From Pristiophorus japonicus (lineage: Eukaryota), in assembly GCF_044704955.1 (NCBI RefSeq), contig NC_091990.1:176700001-176764000 (forward strand): a stretch of DNA of 64,000 nucleotides, read 5' to 3'. The position numbers and the translations under genes are program-made. This document shows positions 25,291-39,665 of this stretch, in pieces. The first letter of the stretch is position 1, and each line of letters begins with the position of its first letter. The notes under the pieces were generated by a model that ran no database searches, was not told the DNA's origin, and worked only from the letters and a program-made list of their open reading frames with translations.

Positions 25291-25864
25291 CAGGAGGGCA
25301 CCCCGTTCTACAAAGAGGGGGCAATGACACCAGTTTTGAAAAGGAGAAAGTACCTGAAAGGGAAGCCCCAAATATGAATATGTTTGATTTATCTGCGCTG
25401 ATTTTTAACTCTTGCTTTAAATTGACAAATCTGTAAGTAAATTTTACATTACATTGGATCTACAGCTGAGAAACAGGCCATTCAGCCCAATCAGTCTATG
25501 CCAGTATTTATGCTCCACTCGCGCCCCCTCTCATCTAACTCTATCAGCATAACCCGCTATTCCCTTCTCCTTCCTATGCTTTTCTGTACTCTCCTTAAAT
25601 GCATCTGTACTATTTGCTTCAACTGTTCCCTGTGGTAGCAAGTTCCACACTCTGGATAAAGATGTTCCTTCTGAATTCCCTATTTGAATTCTTGGTGACT
25701 ATCTTATATTGCTCTTCCCCACAAGTGGAAACATCCTCTGTATCTACTCTATCAAAACCTTTCATACTTTTAAAGACCTCTATTAGGTCACCCCTCAGCC
25801 TTCTTTTTTCAAGTGACCCAGTCTGTTCATCCTTTCCTGATATATACCTTTACATTTCTGGCAT

Positions 25865-26824
25865 TGTAAGGGATAAATTGTAAGAGTTGCAAATAGGTGG
25901 TCAGAATTATGCTGAAGTTAGTGAACTTATCAATAGTAGGAGGGTCTGTATAATTACCCATAGTATGTAACACTTGCTTATGTAGGTATAGCACAAATGT
26001 ATAACGCATTAAACTGAATCCGTAACTTCTGTAATACTTAAACAGCAAAATCAGCAGTTGTTAATCAATACTTAAACAGCAAAATCAGCAGTTGTTAATC
26101 AGTAATCTCTGAGGAAGAGATAAGGAAGCCAGTTTAGGCATCTATTATACTGTGGCAAAGTGCAAGTCATGGAGCAACACCATAAAGATGGGCAATTGCA
26201 TACACCACTCAGAGACCGTTTGATAAGAGTCGACAAATCAATGTAACTTCACTGATAGCATGAGACCTGTGGTGTATCTAGCACACAAATCACTGACTCC
26301 ACACGGTCTGGTGTAAGTCTAACTGCTGTGACCTTCGTCCTTTATTGTTCAGCTCCAGAGTGCCTCTCAGGTGTGGTGGTCAGCCTTATATAGTGCCTGT
26401 TCGAGGTACTTCCAGGTTTCCCACCACAGCGCCCTCTGTGGTGTGGCATAGTGCTTACATTACATTTAAGGTACATGGACGATACACACATCATTACATA
26501 ACAAGACCTATGGAGGATTTTGTAGGAAGGTGCTCCTATTCAAAACCTGTATAAATTGTACTTGAAACCTCTTGTATTTCGGAGGTTTCAGGCTGAAACT
26601 TCCCATGCATTGCTCGTAATAAAACCGGTAAACCTGAGGTTTTGTTTGTTTACTTCCGTAGTCATTATACAATGGGAGCTGGGCGAGGTGTCAATTAACT
26701 ATATCAGTTAATCCAACCCGAGGAAGAGAAGCCTTCCTTTTAACCCCAACTGATGGGCGAGGTGTTGATTAACTATATCAGTTAGTCCACTTTGAAGGAG
26801 AGAAGCCTCCTTTGTACCCCTACA
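25865..26824 (+). mobile_element. Solo LTR (TG...CA, 5-bp TSD GGCAT) inserted into a CR1 3' fragment
   Basis: GGCAT|TGTAAGGG ... CCCCTACA|GGCAT; AATAAA at ~26617; internal tandem repeats. Confidence 0.85.
26268..26503 (-). mobile_element. 236-bp solo LTR nested in the previous LTR (5-bp TSD AGACC)
   Basis: AGACC|TGTGGT ... ATAACA|AGACC; TATATAA and AATAAA on the minus strand. Confidence 0.85.
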
Positions 26825-27449
26825 GGCATCATACTTGTAAATCTTTTTTGCACCCTCTCCAGTGCTTCTATATCCTTTTTAGAATATGGCGACCAGAATT
26901 ATAACATTTTTTTGGTAACATTTTGCTACTTATTTTCTTTAGCTGTTAATGAAAGTTAATATGGATTTAGAAAAAGTCAGTCACTTTCTAACAATTTTAA
27001 AAGAGCTCTTTGAGGAAATCGAGTACATTGATAAAGGAAACAGTGTATATTGTGTACATGGATTCTCAAAAGGCATTTAATAAGGGTGCTGCATAGAACA
27101 ATTACCGGTTTTATTACGAGCAATGCACAGGAAGCACACAATATTAAAGAGAATATGAAAGCAGGGATAGGATGTCGGTTTAAGGACAGAAAAGAAAGAA
27201 CAGTTGTTGATGGGCGTTCTTGGACTGGAGGGATGTAAACAGAGGTCATCCCCCAGGAATCAGTGTTGGGGACATGGCTCTTAATCCATATTCATAATCT
27301 GGATTTAGGCATGGGGCTTGATAACAGAAATTGCAAACACAAAATAAGATGCATGGGCAACTGTGAAGAGGACCGTTGGCGACTACAGGACATAAACTCG
27401 TTAGTACATTTTGAAGATAGATGTCAGATGAAATTTACAATAACTTGCA

Positions 27450-30400
27450 TTTATACAACACATTTAACGTAGAAAAATGTCCCAAGGCACATCACACAAA
27501 AGTAGTCAGACAAAAATGCACACCAAGCCAAAAATGAGATAGTAGATGGGGTGACTAAAAGCTGAGTAAAATCACTGGGTTTTGAGGAGGGTCTTAAAAC
27601 AAGAGAGGGAGGTGAAGAGGTTAAGGGAGGTGATTATGTTTAGGGAGGGAATTCAGTGTTTAGGGCCCAAACGGCTGAAGGCACAGCTGCTCGTAGTGGG
27701 GCGAAGGAACTGGGGGAAGTGCAAGAGGCAAGAGTTGTAGGGACAGAGTCCTATGATGGTTGTAGGGCTGGAGCAAGATATAAAGATAGGGAAGGGGGGG
27801 GGGCGGGAGAAAGACACCATGAAGGGATATGAACAACATTTAATGATGAGAATTTTAAAATTGAAGGTGTTGGGGGGGACCAGGAGCCAAAGTCAGAGAG
27901 CACACAAATGATGGGTGAGGGGGGCTTGGTGCAGAATAGGATACGGGCAGCAGACTTTTGGATGACCTAAAATTTATTGAGGGTGCTGGATAGGCGGCCA
28001 GCCAGGAGAGCACTGGAATAGCTGGAGGTGACCACCAGCATCAATGAGGGATTCAGCAGCAGATGGACTGAAGCAAGCAATGTTACGAAGGTGGAAGTAG
28101 GCACTCCTTAATAATGGAGAGGATATGGGGTCAGAAGCTCAACTGGGATAAAATAAGGCACAGAGGTTATGAAGAGTCTGATTCAATGTAGGGACAGTTG
28201 CTGGAGAGGGGATGGATTCAGTGGCAAAGGTGCTCAGTTTGTGGTGAGGGCCAAATAGGATGGACTTCCTAGTGTTTATCAGTATTAATAACTTTTATTT
28301 ATATAGCACCTTTAACGTAGTAAAACGTCCCAAGGCGCTTCACAGCAGTGTTAACAAGACAAAATAGATAAATTTGACATAGAGCCACAAAAGAATTAAG
28401 GCAGAAAGCCAAAAGCTTGGTTGAAGAGGTAGGTTTTAAGGAGCATCTTAACGGAGCAAAACAGGTAGAGAGGTTTAGGGAGGGAGTTCCAGAGCTTAGG
28501 GCCCAAACAGCTGAAGGCACAGCCACCGATGGTTGAGGAGTTATAATGAGGGATGTTCAAGAGGGCAGAATTTGAGGAGCGCAGACATCTTGTGGGGTTG
28601 TGAGGCTGAAAAAGATGAGATAGGGAGGGCAAGGCCATGGAGTGATTTGTAAACAAGGATGAGAATTTTGAAATTGAGGTGGTGTTTAACTGGGAGCCAA
28701 TGTAGGTTAGAAAGCACAGGGGTGATGGGCGATCGTGATTTGGTGTGAATTAGGACGCAGGCTGCTGAGTTTAGGATGACCTCAAGTTTACGTAGTGTGG
28801 AATGTGGGAGGCCGGCCAGGAGTGAGTTGGAGTAGTCAAGTCTAGAGGTAACAAAGGCATGGATGAACTTTCCAGCAGCAGAAAAGCAGGCGGAGGCGGG
28901 CAATGTTATGGAGGTGGAAAAAGGCAGTTTTAGTTATGCCGTGGATATGTGGCCAGAAACTCATTTCATGGTTAAATATGACACCTTGGTTGCGAACAGT
29001 CTTTTCATCCTCAGATTGATGCTAGGGAGTGGGATGGAGTTAGTGGTAAGAGAATACAGTTTGTGACAGGGACCAAAGATAATGGCTTTGATCTTCCCAA
29101 TATTTAATTGGAGAAAATGTCTGCTCCTCCAGTACTGGATGTCGGACAAGCATCTGACAATTTAAATACCAAGCAGGGGTGGAGAGGTCGAGCTGGGTGT
29201 CGTCAGTGTACATGTGGAAACTGACTCCGTGTTTTTGGATGATAGCGCCAAGGGGCAGCATATAGATGAGAAATAGGAGGGGGCCAAGGATAGATCTTTG
29301 AGGGACACCAGAGGTAACGATTCAGGAGTGCGAAGAGAAGCCATTGCAGGAGATTTTCTGGCTACGATTAGATCGATAAGAATGGAACCAGACAAGTGCA
29401 GTCCCGCCCAGCTGGATAATGGAGAGTTGGAGGAGGATGGAGTAGTCAGCTATGTTAAAGGCTGCAGACAGGTCCAGAAGGACAAGGATAGTTTACCTTT
29501 ATCAGTCACAAAGGATGTCATTTGTGACTTTGATGAGAGCCGTTTCGATACTGTGGCAGGGGCAAAAACCAGATTGAAGTGATTCAAACATTGAATTCAG
29601 GAAAAGGTGGTCATTGATTTGAGAAGCGACAACACGTTCAAGTACTTTGGACAGGAAAGGGAGGTTGGAGATGGGGCAATAGCTAGCAAGTGAAGTGGGG
29701 TCAAGGGTTGGTTTTTTGAGGAGCGTGGTGATGACAGCAGATTTGAAGGTAAGGGGAACAGTACTTGAGAGAGAACCGTTAACAATGTCTGCTAACATGG
29801 GAGCCAAAAAAGGAAATTGGGTGGTCAGCAGTTTAGTGGGAATAGGGTCAAGGGAGCAGGGTGTGGGTCTCATGGATAAGTTGAGCTTGGCGAGGTCAAG
29901 AGGAGAGATCAGAGAGAAACTAGAGAAAGATATGAGTTTAGGGTTAGGGAAGGTGGGAGTGTCAGAGGAAGTTTGGCTCTGTGGGCTAGGTGAAGGAAGG
30001 GAACTCAGAGGCAGCTGATCGGATGCTCTCAACCTTGAAGACAAAGAAGTCTATAAGCTCCTCACACTTGTTGGAGGAGAGTGTGGTGGAGACAGGAGAG
30101 AGGGGTTTAAGGAGACAGCAGTAGCAAATAGTAGCCGGGAGTTATTTTTGCATTCCAGAATGATCCTGGAATAGTGAGCAGTTTTTGTAGACAAAAAGAG
30201 TAGGAACTGATGTTTTGTGTGTTCGAGCCAGATCTGGCGCTGAATGGCTAAACCAGTTGTCTGCCACATTCGTTCAAGTCTGCGCCCTTTTGACTTGAGG
30301 GAGCGAAGATGAGGGCTGGGGACCAGGGGGAATGGCCAATGTGGAAGAACGTAATCTTTTTAAATAGAGCATCAAAGGTGATGGTGAGGGTGTGGTTGAG

Positions 30401-31570
30401 CAGATCGATGACTGCAGAAATGTCATTGTTAAAAGAGGGCCAAATGTTGGACAGTTTTGAGTTGATAAGTTGTAGAGAGTTGAGAGTTTTTTTCCAGGGG
30501 CGGATGCAGAAGGAAGTAGGTTTGGATTGGGGACAGGGGATGTGGGTCAAGAGCGATACAAGGGAATGGTCACGGTTGGAATAGCAAGACCAAGAGGGTA
30601 GCTGTGAATATGGTTTGAGGAATTTACATGGAGCGAGAGATTACGGGAGGACAGGAGGGTAGTGAACTCAGAGGGGAGAACACAATGAATTAAAGTGGAG
30701 GTTGAAGTCACCAAGGATGAGCAGTTGCTCGGTGCATAGGCTGAGGGAGGAAAGCAGTGAGGATATATCCGTAATAACATTTTTTAATCATACTTAGGTG
30801 GACAGTAGAGAACGAGAATTTTGAAATGAGGCGAGCGGGGTCGAATAAAGCAAGATGTTCAAAAGATGAGAAAGTGCCGGTGGAGTAGGGGGGGGGGAGA
30901 CCAAGATATGATTTGGTGATGAGAGCTATACTGCTACCACAGCAGTCTGGGCGGAGCAAGTGGTGGAAGATATAGACGGGAAGGGAGGATTCAATTAAAG
31001 GTAGTGTCATTATCCCTCAGCCACGTTTCTGTTAGTGCCATGATGTCAATGCAATCATCTTCAATAAGGTCATGGATGGCAAGGGCCTTATTTGCAAGTG
31101 AACGGACATTCTGCAAGGAGATTTTGAGATGATCTGTGATGGCTGATGTACTACCAACATTCACAGGGTCACTGCTTGGAGGGGTGAATTGTACAGGGAG
31201 GTGATTTGGGCAAGCTAGGCAGTAAGGTCACATACAGTAGGATAGGACAGTTGGGGTTGTTGCTTGTGAGGAGACATTGACGAGTGCCACAATGGGCCCT
31301 TCGGAGAATGCCAAGAGAGGCACAGAGGAAACTGCAGGCTTGTCTAAAAGGGATTCAAGTCTGTGACGGTGGCACGAGAGTAGGAAGGTTGCAGAGTAAT
31401 GAAGTGTTGCCATAGGGATTTGGAGTATACGAGACCGGAGAGATGAGAGGTGACATAACGACATAAGAGACTGACCAGGAAGGGAGAGAAAAAGCAGGAG
31501 AAGGAAGTGTAAAAAGTCAATGGCTTGGGACAGAAGCGGCAGCCAAAAAGCGCACACAAATAGACACAGG
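27450..31570 (-). mobile_element. Degraded L2-clade LINE(s)
   Basis: HAFVTSRLDYSNSLL, LDPIPTKLL, PISNLPFLSKVLERVV, ETALIKVTND. Confidence 0.85.
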
Positions 31571-32723
31571 CGGAAAACTAAAAAATAAATTCAATTTACA
31601 TGGTAAATATTACAATATGGATTCTACAATAATAGATTCAGTATAATCAAGATTAATTATATCAAAATTAAATATATAGAATTATAAATGAAGTTAAAAT
31701 CAGTAATTGAAAAGTTAACTCAGTCTTTAGCTGTCTTAATAATTCACTCTGTCCAATCACTTCCGCCTTTGTTGATTATTTTTTATTTATTTTTGACAGG
31801 TTTGTTTCCAAATCCCGACAGCTCCACTCACGTGATTAACTAGAGAAAATGGCACCTCCCTCAGAGCTAGTGGAGGAATCAAAGAGTGGTGGCATGGTAG
31901 AGCTGTGTGCTATTAGTGCACTTGTGGAATCTAACTTCCGATGATGTTGCCAAGGGGTAGCATGCAGATAAGGAAGAGATAGCTAGATTAGCTTGGGGCA
32001 CTCCAGAGGTAATTTAATGAGAAATGTGAAGAAATGTATATTAATTTGTAAAACTTTAAAAAGGAAAAGGGAGAATCTTAAGGGTACAGATACACAAATC
32101 ATTCAAAATGGGAAGCCAAGTCAACATAGCTGTAATTTAAAAAAAGCAGAAAAGGTGTTATGAATAGGGTGTAGCATAAAAGGCAGATTCTAAATCTATA
32201 CAAGACATTGAATAAACCATAATTGGAATACTGCGTCCAGCTTTGCCGGCCTTACTTTAGGAAAACATCAGAGTAGCAAGTTTACCCAATTTTCAGTGTC
32301 TTCCAGGGCAGTTCAAAGTATCACTGAAATGGCTCTGGAGGCATTTATAAGCAATTGTAAAGAAGGTATTTGTCAATAAGGAAGCAAACAGAATATTATT
32401 CAGTGGTATATATTTTATTTTTTTACTATTTATTTATCCCTTTTATATTTTAGCACAATGCAATACAATCACTCAATTAAAAATAATCTTACATGTCAAA
32501 TGCCATCATTTTGTATTTACAGACATCCATATACAGTAGAAAAATAAAGATTCAGTAACAATTCAGCAGTTTATAAACATGATGTGGGAAACATTGCAAC
32601 ATTAACTAGAGCAGTATTTTGGTTAGGCTAGAATAAAACGCTAGCATAATTAAAACTGGAAATAATAGAAATGCATGATAGATTGATCAGCATCTAAAAG
32701 AGAATTTTCAGTATTGTAAGATC

Positions 32724-33234
32724 TGTAAATCTCTGGCATTGACAGCGAGACTGATTCTTTTAAAACAATTCAGAATAATTTATTAAAACACACACACGTA
32801 CACATTTATCAGAGGTCGTCAGCTATCCCACGGATCTACTTAGTTACAACAGAGATACAATGAGGTTACAATAAAAACAGTATACTTTACTTCCCTCTGG
32901 CTGGTTAGCCGAGCAGACGGTCTGCTGTTTCGGCTGGTCTTGAGCAGGCGGTTTGCCGTGTGCTCAGGAGAGGAGAGAGAGAGCTGTCTTTGGCTTGAGT
33001 TTTTATACCTCTCAAAGCTATTGTTCCTCAGAGTTGGATCTTGGTTCCAGGGCAGTTCCTTATTGGCTCTCCTCACACGTGTCTGTCTGGGGGGTTGCTG
33101 GCATTCCTTGATTAGGTCAATGGCTTTCCAATACACATCTTTAAGCTCTGTCCAGCCAGAAGATAATAGACACACAGAACATGCTGGAAGTCAGAGCGTC
33201 CATTTTGTCTCTTTCAAAACTGTCTTTTCGTACA
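32724..33234 (-). mobile_element. Probable solo LTR
   Basis: TGTA...TACA ends flanked by ATC on both sides; TATAAAA, CT-tract and AATAAA in LTR order on the minus strand. Confidence 0.6.
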
Positions 33235-33689
33235 ATCTCATTTTTTTAGCAATTATACATACACAGAATCAATTTTATCATTACTGAACACTTTTATTCT
33301 TACAGTATTTACATTTGTTAAATCTCTTACTGATAGAATAGACAGACATGGAGTCTTATTATTTCTATTGATTTATTTTAGATCAATTTTAAAGGGGACA
33401 TTAAACGCAAAAAAAGAATTAAGGACAATTTTCTTACTCTACCTCACTGGAAAAAGATGGATTCTATTGCAACAATTTTCCAGGCTCAAGAGATTTTCTG
33501 CAAGTGGTACTCACGTTATTACATTAAGGCTATAGGACTAGAACCCACTGGATAAGGGGTAAATTTAAAATTAAACAAAATGAGTGTCCCTGGACTGCCT
33601 TTTATGTTCTAAAATTTCAGACTGGAGAATCTTGTAGTTACCACCAATTACTCAATTAACCAACATGAAGTCTTAATACCAGTGGGTTT

Positions 33690-35125
33690 TTTTTCAGTCA
33701 TGGGATGTGGGCATTTATTGCCCATCCCTAATTGCCCTCAAGAAGATGGTGGTGTGCCACCTTCTTAAACCGCTGCAGTCCGTGTAGTGATGGTGCTCCC
33801 ACAGTGCTGTTAGAGAGGGAGTTCCAGGATTTTGAACCAGCGACGATGAAGGAATGGCGATATGCTTCCAAATCAGGATGGTGTGTGACTTGGAGGGGAA
33901 TGTGGAGGTGGTGGTGTTCCCATGCGCCTGCTGCCCTTGTCCTTCTAGGTGGTAGAGGTCGCGGGTTTGGGAGGTGCTGTCAAAAATGCGTTGGCGAGTT
34001 GCTGCAGTGCATCTTGTAGATGGTGCACACTGCAGCCATGGTGCGCCGGTGGTGGAGGGAGTGAATGTTGAAGGTGGTGGATGGGGTGCCAATCAAGTGG
34101 GATGCTTTGTCCTGGGTAATGTCAAGCTTCTTGAGTGTTGTGGGAACTGCACTCATCCATCACACTCCTGACTTATGCCTTGTAGATGGTGGCAAGGCTT
34201 TGGGGAGTTAGGAGGCGAGATACTCGCCACAGAATACCCAGCCTCTAACCTGCTCTTGTTGCCACAGTATTTATGTGGCTGGTCCAGTTAAGTTTCTGGT
34301 CGATGGTGACCCCTAGGATGTTGATGGTAGGGGATTCGGCGATGGTAATGCCGTTGAGTGTTATGGGACGGTTGTTAGCCTCTCTCTTGTTGGAGATAGT
34401 CATTGCCTGGCACGAATGTTACTTGCCACTTATCAGCCCAAGCCTGAATGTTGGCCAGGTCTTGCTGTATGCGGGCATGGACTGCTTCATTATCTGAGGA
34501 TTTGCGAATGGAACTGAACACTGTGCAGTCATCAGCGAACATCCCCACTTCTGACCTTATGCTGGAAGGTAGGTAATTGATGAAGCAACTGAAGGTGGTT
34601 GGGCCTAGGACACTGCCCCCAGGAACCCATGCAACGATGTCCTGGGGCTTTGATGATTGATCTACAACCATCTTCCTTTGTGCTAGGTATGATTCCCGCC
34701 AGTGGAGAGTCCTCCCCACCCCCCCTCTATTTCTATTGACTTCAGTTTTACTAGGGCTCCTTGATGCCACACTTGAGAGGGTAGTCACTCTCACCTCACC
34801 TCTGGAATTCAGCTCTTTTGTCCATATTTGGACCAAGGCTGTAATGAGGTCTGAAGCAGAGTGGTCCTGGCGAAACCCAAACTGGGCATCAGTGAGCAGG
34901 TTATTGGTGAGTAAGTGCCGCTTGATAGCACTGTTAACGACACCTTTCATCACTTTGCTGATGATTGAGAGTAGACTAATGGGTAGCAATTGGTCGGATT
35001 GGATTTGTCCTGTTTTTGTGGACAGGACATACCTGGGCAGTTTTCCACATTGTCGGATAGATACCAGTGTTATAGCTGTACTGGAACAGCTTGGCTAGAG
35101 GTGCGGCTAGTTCTGGAGCACAAGT
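33690..35125 (-). mobile_element. Non-LTR retrotransposon RT + 3' end (CR1/L2 group, distinct family)
   Basis: PISLLSIISKVM...QFGFR...GSVLGP...MFADD. Confidence 0.8.
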
Positions 35126-36749
35126 CTGTAGGAAATATTTTGGATGATGTTTGGAGTGAACTTTACAGCTATAAACCGATTTTGGTTACAAGTCACCGCA
35201 ATATTAAAAAAGGATTCAAAAAAGGTACATTAAAACATTACAATGATTATTGAAAGTGCATTACAGCACTAATAAGACTTAAGCCTTAATCTTAGAGACA
35301 TCAAGGACATGATCTGATAAAACTAGGAACTGGGAGTTGATTAGTTAACACATTGGACACTATGGCCTAGATATTCTATTTTAGCATGGTGGAACTTCTG
35401 CACATCCCCCCTTTTTACCTCAGCTAATTTTCAAGTTCCTTTAAATATTTCTGGCAAGCTCCCCTAACTCTACTGGGGAGTCTGCCTAATGTGGGGCAGA
35501 GATTGGCTACAGCAGGCCTCTATTTATCTAGCAACTTATTTGCTTCTGTACAAAAACAGTCAATTTTTCCACAATTTGGCACTTAGAACTATAGGAAATT
35601 GAGCATTTAAATTTTAAATGGCCACTATGCTGCCATTGGAACAATTTGACACAAATAAAATGTATGTCAGATGATGTATTTGTGTCATGTGCATATGATT
35701 TTGATGCACCCACCCATATATTGTATACCCCCTTGTTGGCAGAAATCCCAAAAGTGGCAGGGAGCAGCATAGAACTGGCAAAGCAGCTCTGAAGCAGTTT
35801 CCCACCAATGTCCAATGGAGTTTAGTCAGCTTGCCAGCTTAAGTCCATCTATATTAACTCTAAAAATGAAATATTACAACAAACAATCATTTCAATCTGG
35901 CAACAGATGTGTAGAAATTCCTGGGGTACAGTTCAGACTCAGTCTGGTAGTGACCAGCAGTTGGTCTACCTTCCGGTTCAGTATACCAATTGAAATGTCT
36001 TGGGTTTGCTGGACTGCAGATCAAGTCTTATGCTGCTAAACTCTTCTCATTTTGTTATCTTCTATTCCAATGGACCTGGTTTCTTCCCAGTCTGAGGTTG
36101 CAAGAGGAAAGAGGAGCAGATGTCTTTCTGAAAATCCCCGACAGAAAATACATACTGAATTCTATTTCTAAAGTCAATCCTGAAATATAACAATATATTA
36201 TTAAACTTGGTGTGCAAATGGAGAACCAAAAATGCATTACAAATCTAAAACTGCTACTTGGATATTCTCAGTTTTAGGCACATCAAATTCAGCTATCGGG
36301 GATGTACTAAAATCAAATTAAACACCTTGATCCTCTCCTTTGTCCTTCTCAAATATTTAACAAGCTTCCTTGTTTTAACGATAAAACTTTACCTAATATT
36401 GTGCCCGATAAATGGATAGAAAGTTTAGTCTCTTATTGAGAAATAACTTGTATTTATGTAGTGTCTTATCATGTCCATAGGACAGCCCAAAGTAGTTCAT
36501 GTCCAACGATTTACTTCAAAAAGAAATGTGTAGTCAGTGTTATGTGGCAAATTTGTCTATTGGCATACAGCAAGATCCCGAAAACAGTAGATTTGATGAA
36601 TGACCAGTTAACCTGTTTCGGTGGTGCAGTCTGAGGGAGGAATGCTGGCAATGGCTCTGGGAGAACTCCCAATTCTTCAAATAGTGCCAAGGGATTTCTA
36701 TGCCCATTTAAATAAGACAGATGGTTTAACGTTCCATGCAAGCAATGGC

Positions 36750-37295
36750 ATCTATAATAATACAAACCCCCTCAACACCTTGGCTGCCCGTGCTTACAAA
36801 CATCGCACCACCACTCCTACACCGCGAATATTCAGTCTCCAGAGAATATAACCGCTACACCAGCAAAGACATGTCGATCCAGGACGACTTGAACAACCTA
36901 CCACCAACTCGTCTCAAATATAGGAGGCCATTTTGGGCCATCGCCGAAGCCCTTCAGCAATCTCCCCTCCGCTTCGATGACCCATGGTGAAATTCTTGGA
37001 AAAACTGAGACATACGGAATGGATTCCTTACAGAGGACCCCACAGTACACCCTGAAAGATCAAACCTGCCTCGCAAACAGTGGACAATCATCAGCCGCCT
37101 CAGAACTGGTCATGGTAGATGCTGTCACCTTCTCCATAGATGGAGAAGCATCCCCATCGTGCGACTAATCCAAATCAGACCCTGGAGGACATCACTGAGC
37201 AATGCCCTCAGAGCAAATTCGCAGGCAGCGTACGAGCTGTTACACGGGAAGCTTTGGCCTGGATATCTGACTTAGATATTGACATTTGATTTGCT
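36750..37295 (+). mobile_element. LINE 3' fragment (Vingi/Ingi-like)
   Basis: PWLPVLTNIAPP; RLRTGHGRC and a C-terminal Cys/His knuckle remnant. Confidence 0.55.
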
Positions 37296-37522
37296 TTGCT
37301 GCTACCATACGAAAGTAGCAGTAGTGGTACTGCACTGAACTGTCAGCCGAGGTTATTCATAAAATCCTGGATGGGGCTTAGAACCACAACTTTGAGTCAT
37401 AGGTAAAAAAATACTGCCGGCTGGTTTGATTATTACCCATAAATGCATTACAACTTCAGTTGGATCAGGTTGATTTGAAATTCCACGTGTCAAAGCAAAA
37501 AGCAGCAGCAGAACTTGGGTTT

Positions 37523-38559
37523 CATAAGAAGATAAGAAATAGGAGCAGGAGTAGGCCATACAGCCCCTCGAGCCTGCTCTGCCATTTAATGCGATCATGG
37601 CTGATCCAATCATGGACTCGGGTCCACTTCCCTGACCGCTCCCCATAACCCTTATCGTTTAAGAAACCGTCTATTTCTGTCTTAAATTTATTCAATGTCC
37701 CAGTTTCCACAGCTCTCTGAGGCAGCGAATTCCACAGATTTACAACCCGCTGAGAAGAAAAAATTTCTCATCTCAGTTTTAAATGGGCGGCCTCTTATTC
37801 TAAGATCATGCCTTCTAGTGCTAGTCTCCCCTATCAGTGGAAACATCCTCTCTGCATTCACCTTGTCAAGCCCCCTCAATCTTATACGTTTCGATAAGAT
37901 CACTTCTTATTCTTCTGAATTCCAATGAGTAGAGGCCCAACCTACTCAACCTTTCCTCATAAGTCAACTCCCTCATCTCCGGAATCAACCGAGTGAACCT
38001 TCTCTGAACTGCCTCCAAAGCAAGTACATCCTTTCGTAAACATGGAAATGAAAATTGCACGCAGTATTCCAGGTGTGGCCTCACCAATATCCTGTATAAC
38101 TGTAGCAAGACTTCCCTGCTTTTATACTCCATCCCCTTTGCAATAAAGGCCAAGATTCCATTGGCCTTCCTGATCACTTGCTGTACCTGCATACTATCCT
38201 TTTGTGTTTCATGCACAAGTACCCCCATGTCCCACTGTACTGCAGTACTTGGCAATCTTTCTCCGTTTAAATAATAACTTGCTCTTTGATTTTTTTCTGC
38301 CAAAGTGCATGACCTCACACCTTCCAACATTATACTCTATCTGCCAAAGTTTTGCCCACTCACTTAGCCTGTCTATGTCTTTTTGCAGATTTTGTGTATC
38401 CTCCTCACACATTGCTTTTCTCCCATCTTTGTATCGTCAGCAAACTTGGCTACATTACACTCGGTCTCTTTTTCCAAGTCGTTAACATAGATTGTAAATA
38501 GTTGGGGTCCGAGCACTGATCCCTGCAGTACCCCACTAGTTACAGATTGCCAACCCGAT
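37523..38559 (-). mobile_element. CR1 3' fragment
   Basis: KFADDTK, RPHLEYC. Confidence 0.85.
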
Positions 38560-39084
38560 GGGCCCAAGTTTCCACATGATTCGCGCCTGATTTTTAGGAG
38601 CAACTGGTGGAGAATGGACTATTTTAAAAATCGCAATTCTCCGCATTTTTTTTTCTGCAGTTCTAGTCAGGTAGAACAGTTCTACTTTGGAACAGAATTT
38701 TTTCTTCAAAAGGGGGCGTGTCCGGCCACTGACGCCTGATTTGAAAGTTTCCACAGTGAAAATGTACTCCAAACTAAAGTAGAATGGAGCCAGTGAAGAT
38801 TTTTGTAGAACTGAAAAAACCTGTTCTACACATTAAAAAAATCAGGCGCAGGTTACAAATTAGGCGTCCAGAACGAGGTGGGGGGGGGGGGAGAGGGGGG
38901 AGGGAACTCATTAAATTCGACAATAAATCCTTATTTATACTTCTACAAATATTATACAAATAAATCCAACCTGAATAAACATTTATAAGCCAAGAAAAGA
39001 TTAAATAAACCATCTTCCTACCTGTGTGAAAGTGCTTCAGCCAGGGAGAATTCTGCAGCCGTTCGTGCCGCTGAGCGAGAGAGG

Positions 39085-39120
<36 letters not shown>

Positions 39121-39665
39121 GTCGGGTTGGTTCGGCGGGAGGGGGAGAAAGAGAGCGGGTGTTGGGTCAGGTCGGCAGGGGGGGGGGGGGGGGAGCAGGT
39201 GTTGGGTTGGGTCGGGTCGGGTCGGCGGGGGGGGGGCGCGGGTGTCGGGTCGGGGGGGTGTCGGTTCTGGTCCGGAGGCAGGGGGGAGCGGGTGTCGGGT
39301 CCGGTCGGGGGGGGGGTGGGGAGCAGGAGCTGGCCGTGGAAGGAGCCTTATTCACGCAGACCCAGTGAGGCCACTGGGCCAGGGCTAGGGGCTCTGTGCT
39401 TCGGGCCCCTCCCACACAGTTCGGCGCCTGGAGCTACTGCACTTGCGTGCCAACTGTAGCGCGCATGTGCAGAGGTCCCGGCACTGTTTTCAGCGCAGGG
39501 ACCTGGCTCCGCCCTCCCACAGCTCGTGCTGGCTGCGCCTAGGGCCAGAGGACCTGTAAGTAGGTGGAGAATACCGAGGATTTTTTTAGGCGCCGTTTTA
39601 GGCGCGAAAAACGGGCGCCCAGCTCGGAGGAGCGCCCGTTTTTTTTCTTGTGGAAACTTGGGCCC
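38560..39665. mobile_element. Non-autonomous Harbinger-like DNA transposon, GAT TSD
   Basis: Perfect 16-bp TIR GGGCCCAAGTTTCCAC / GTGGAAACTTGGGCCC; inverted homolog of 10031-11025. Confidence 0.88.

Noticed and set aside
32840-33175. 111-aa ORF as a possible terminal exon of gene A
   Set aside because: Lies within an LTR-like element and downstream of the stop codon
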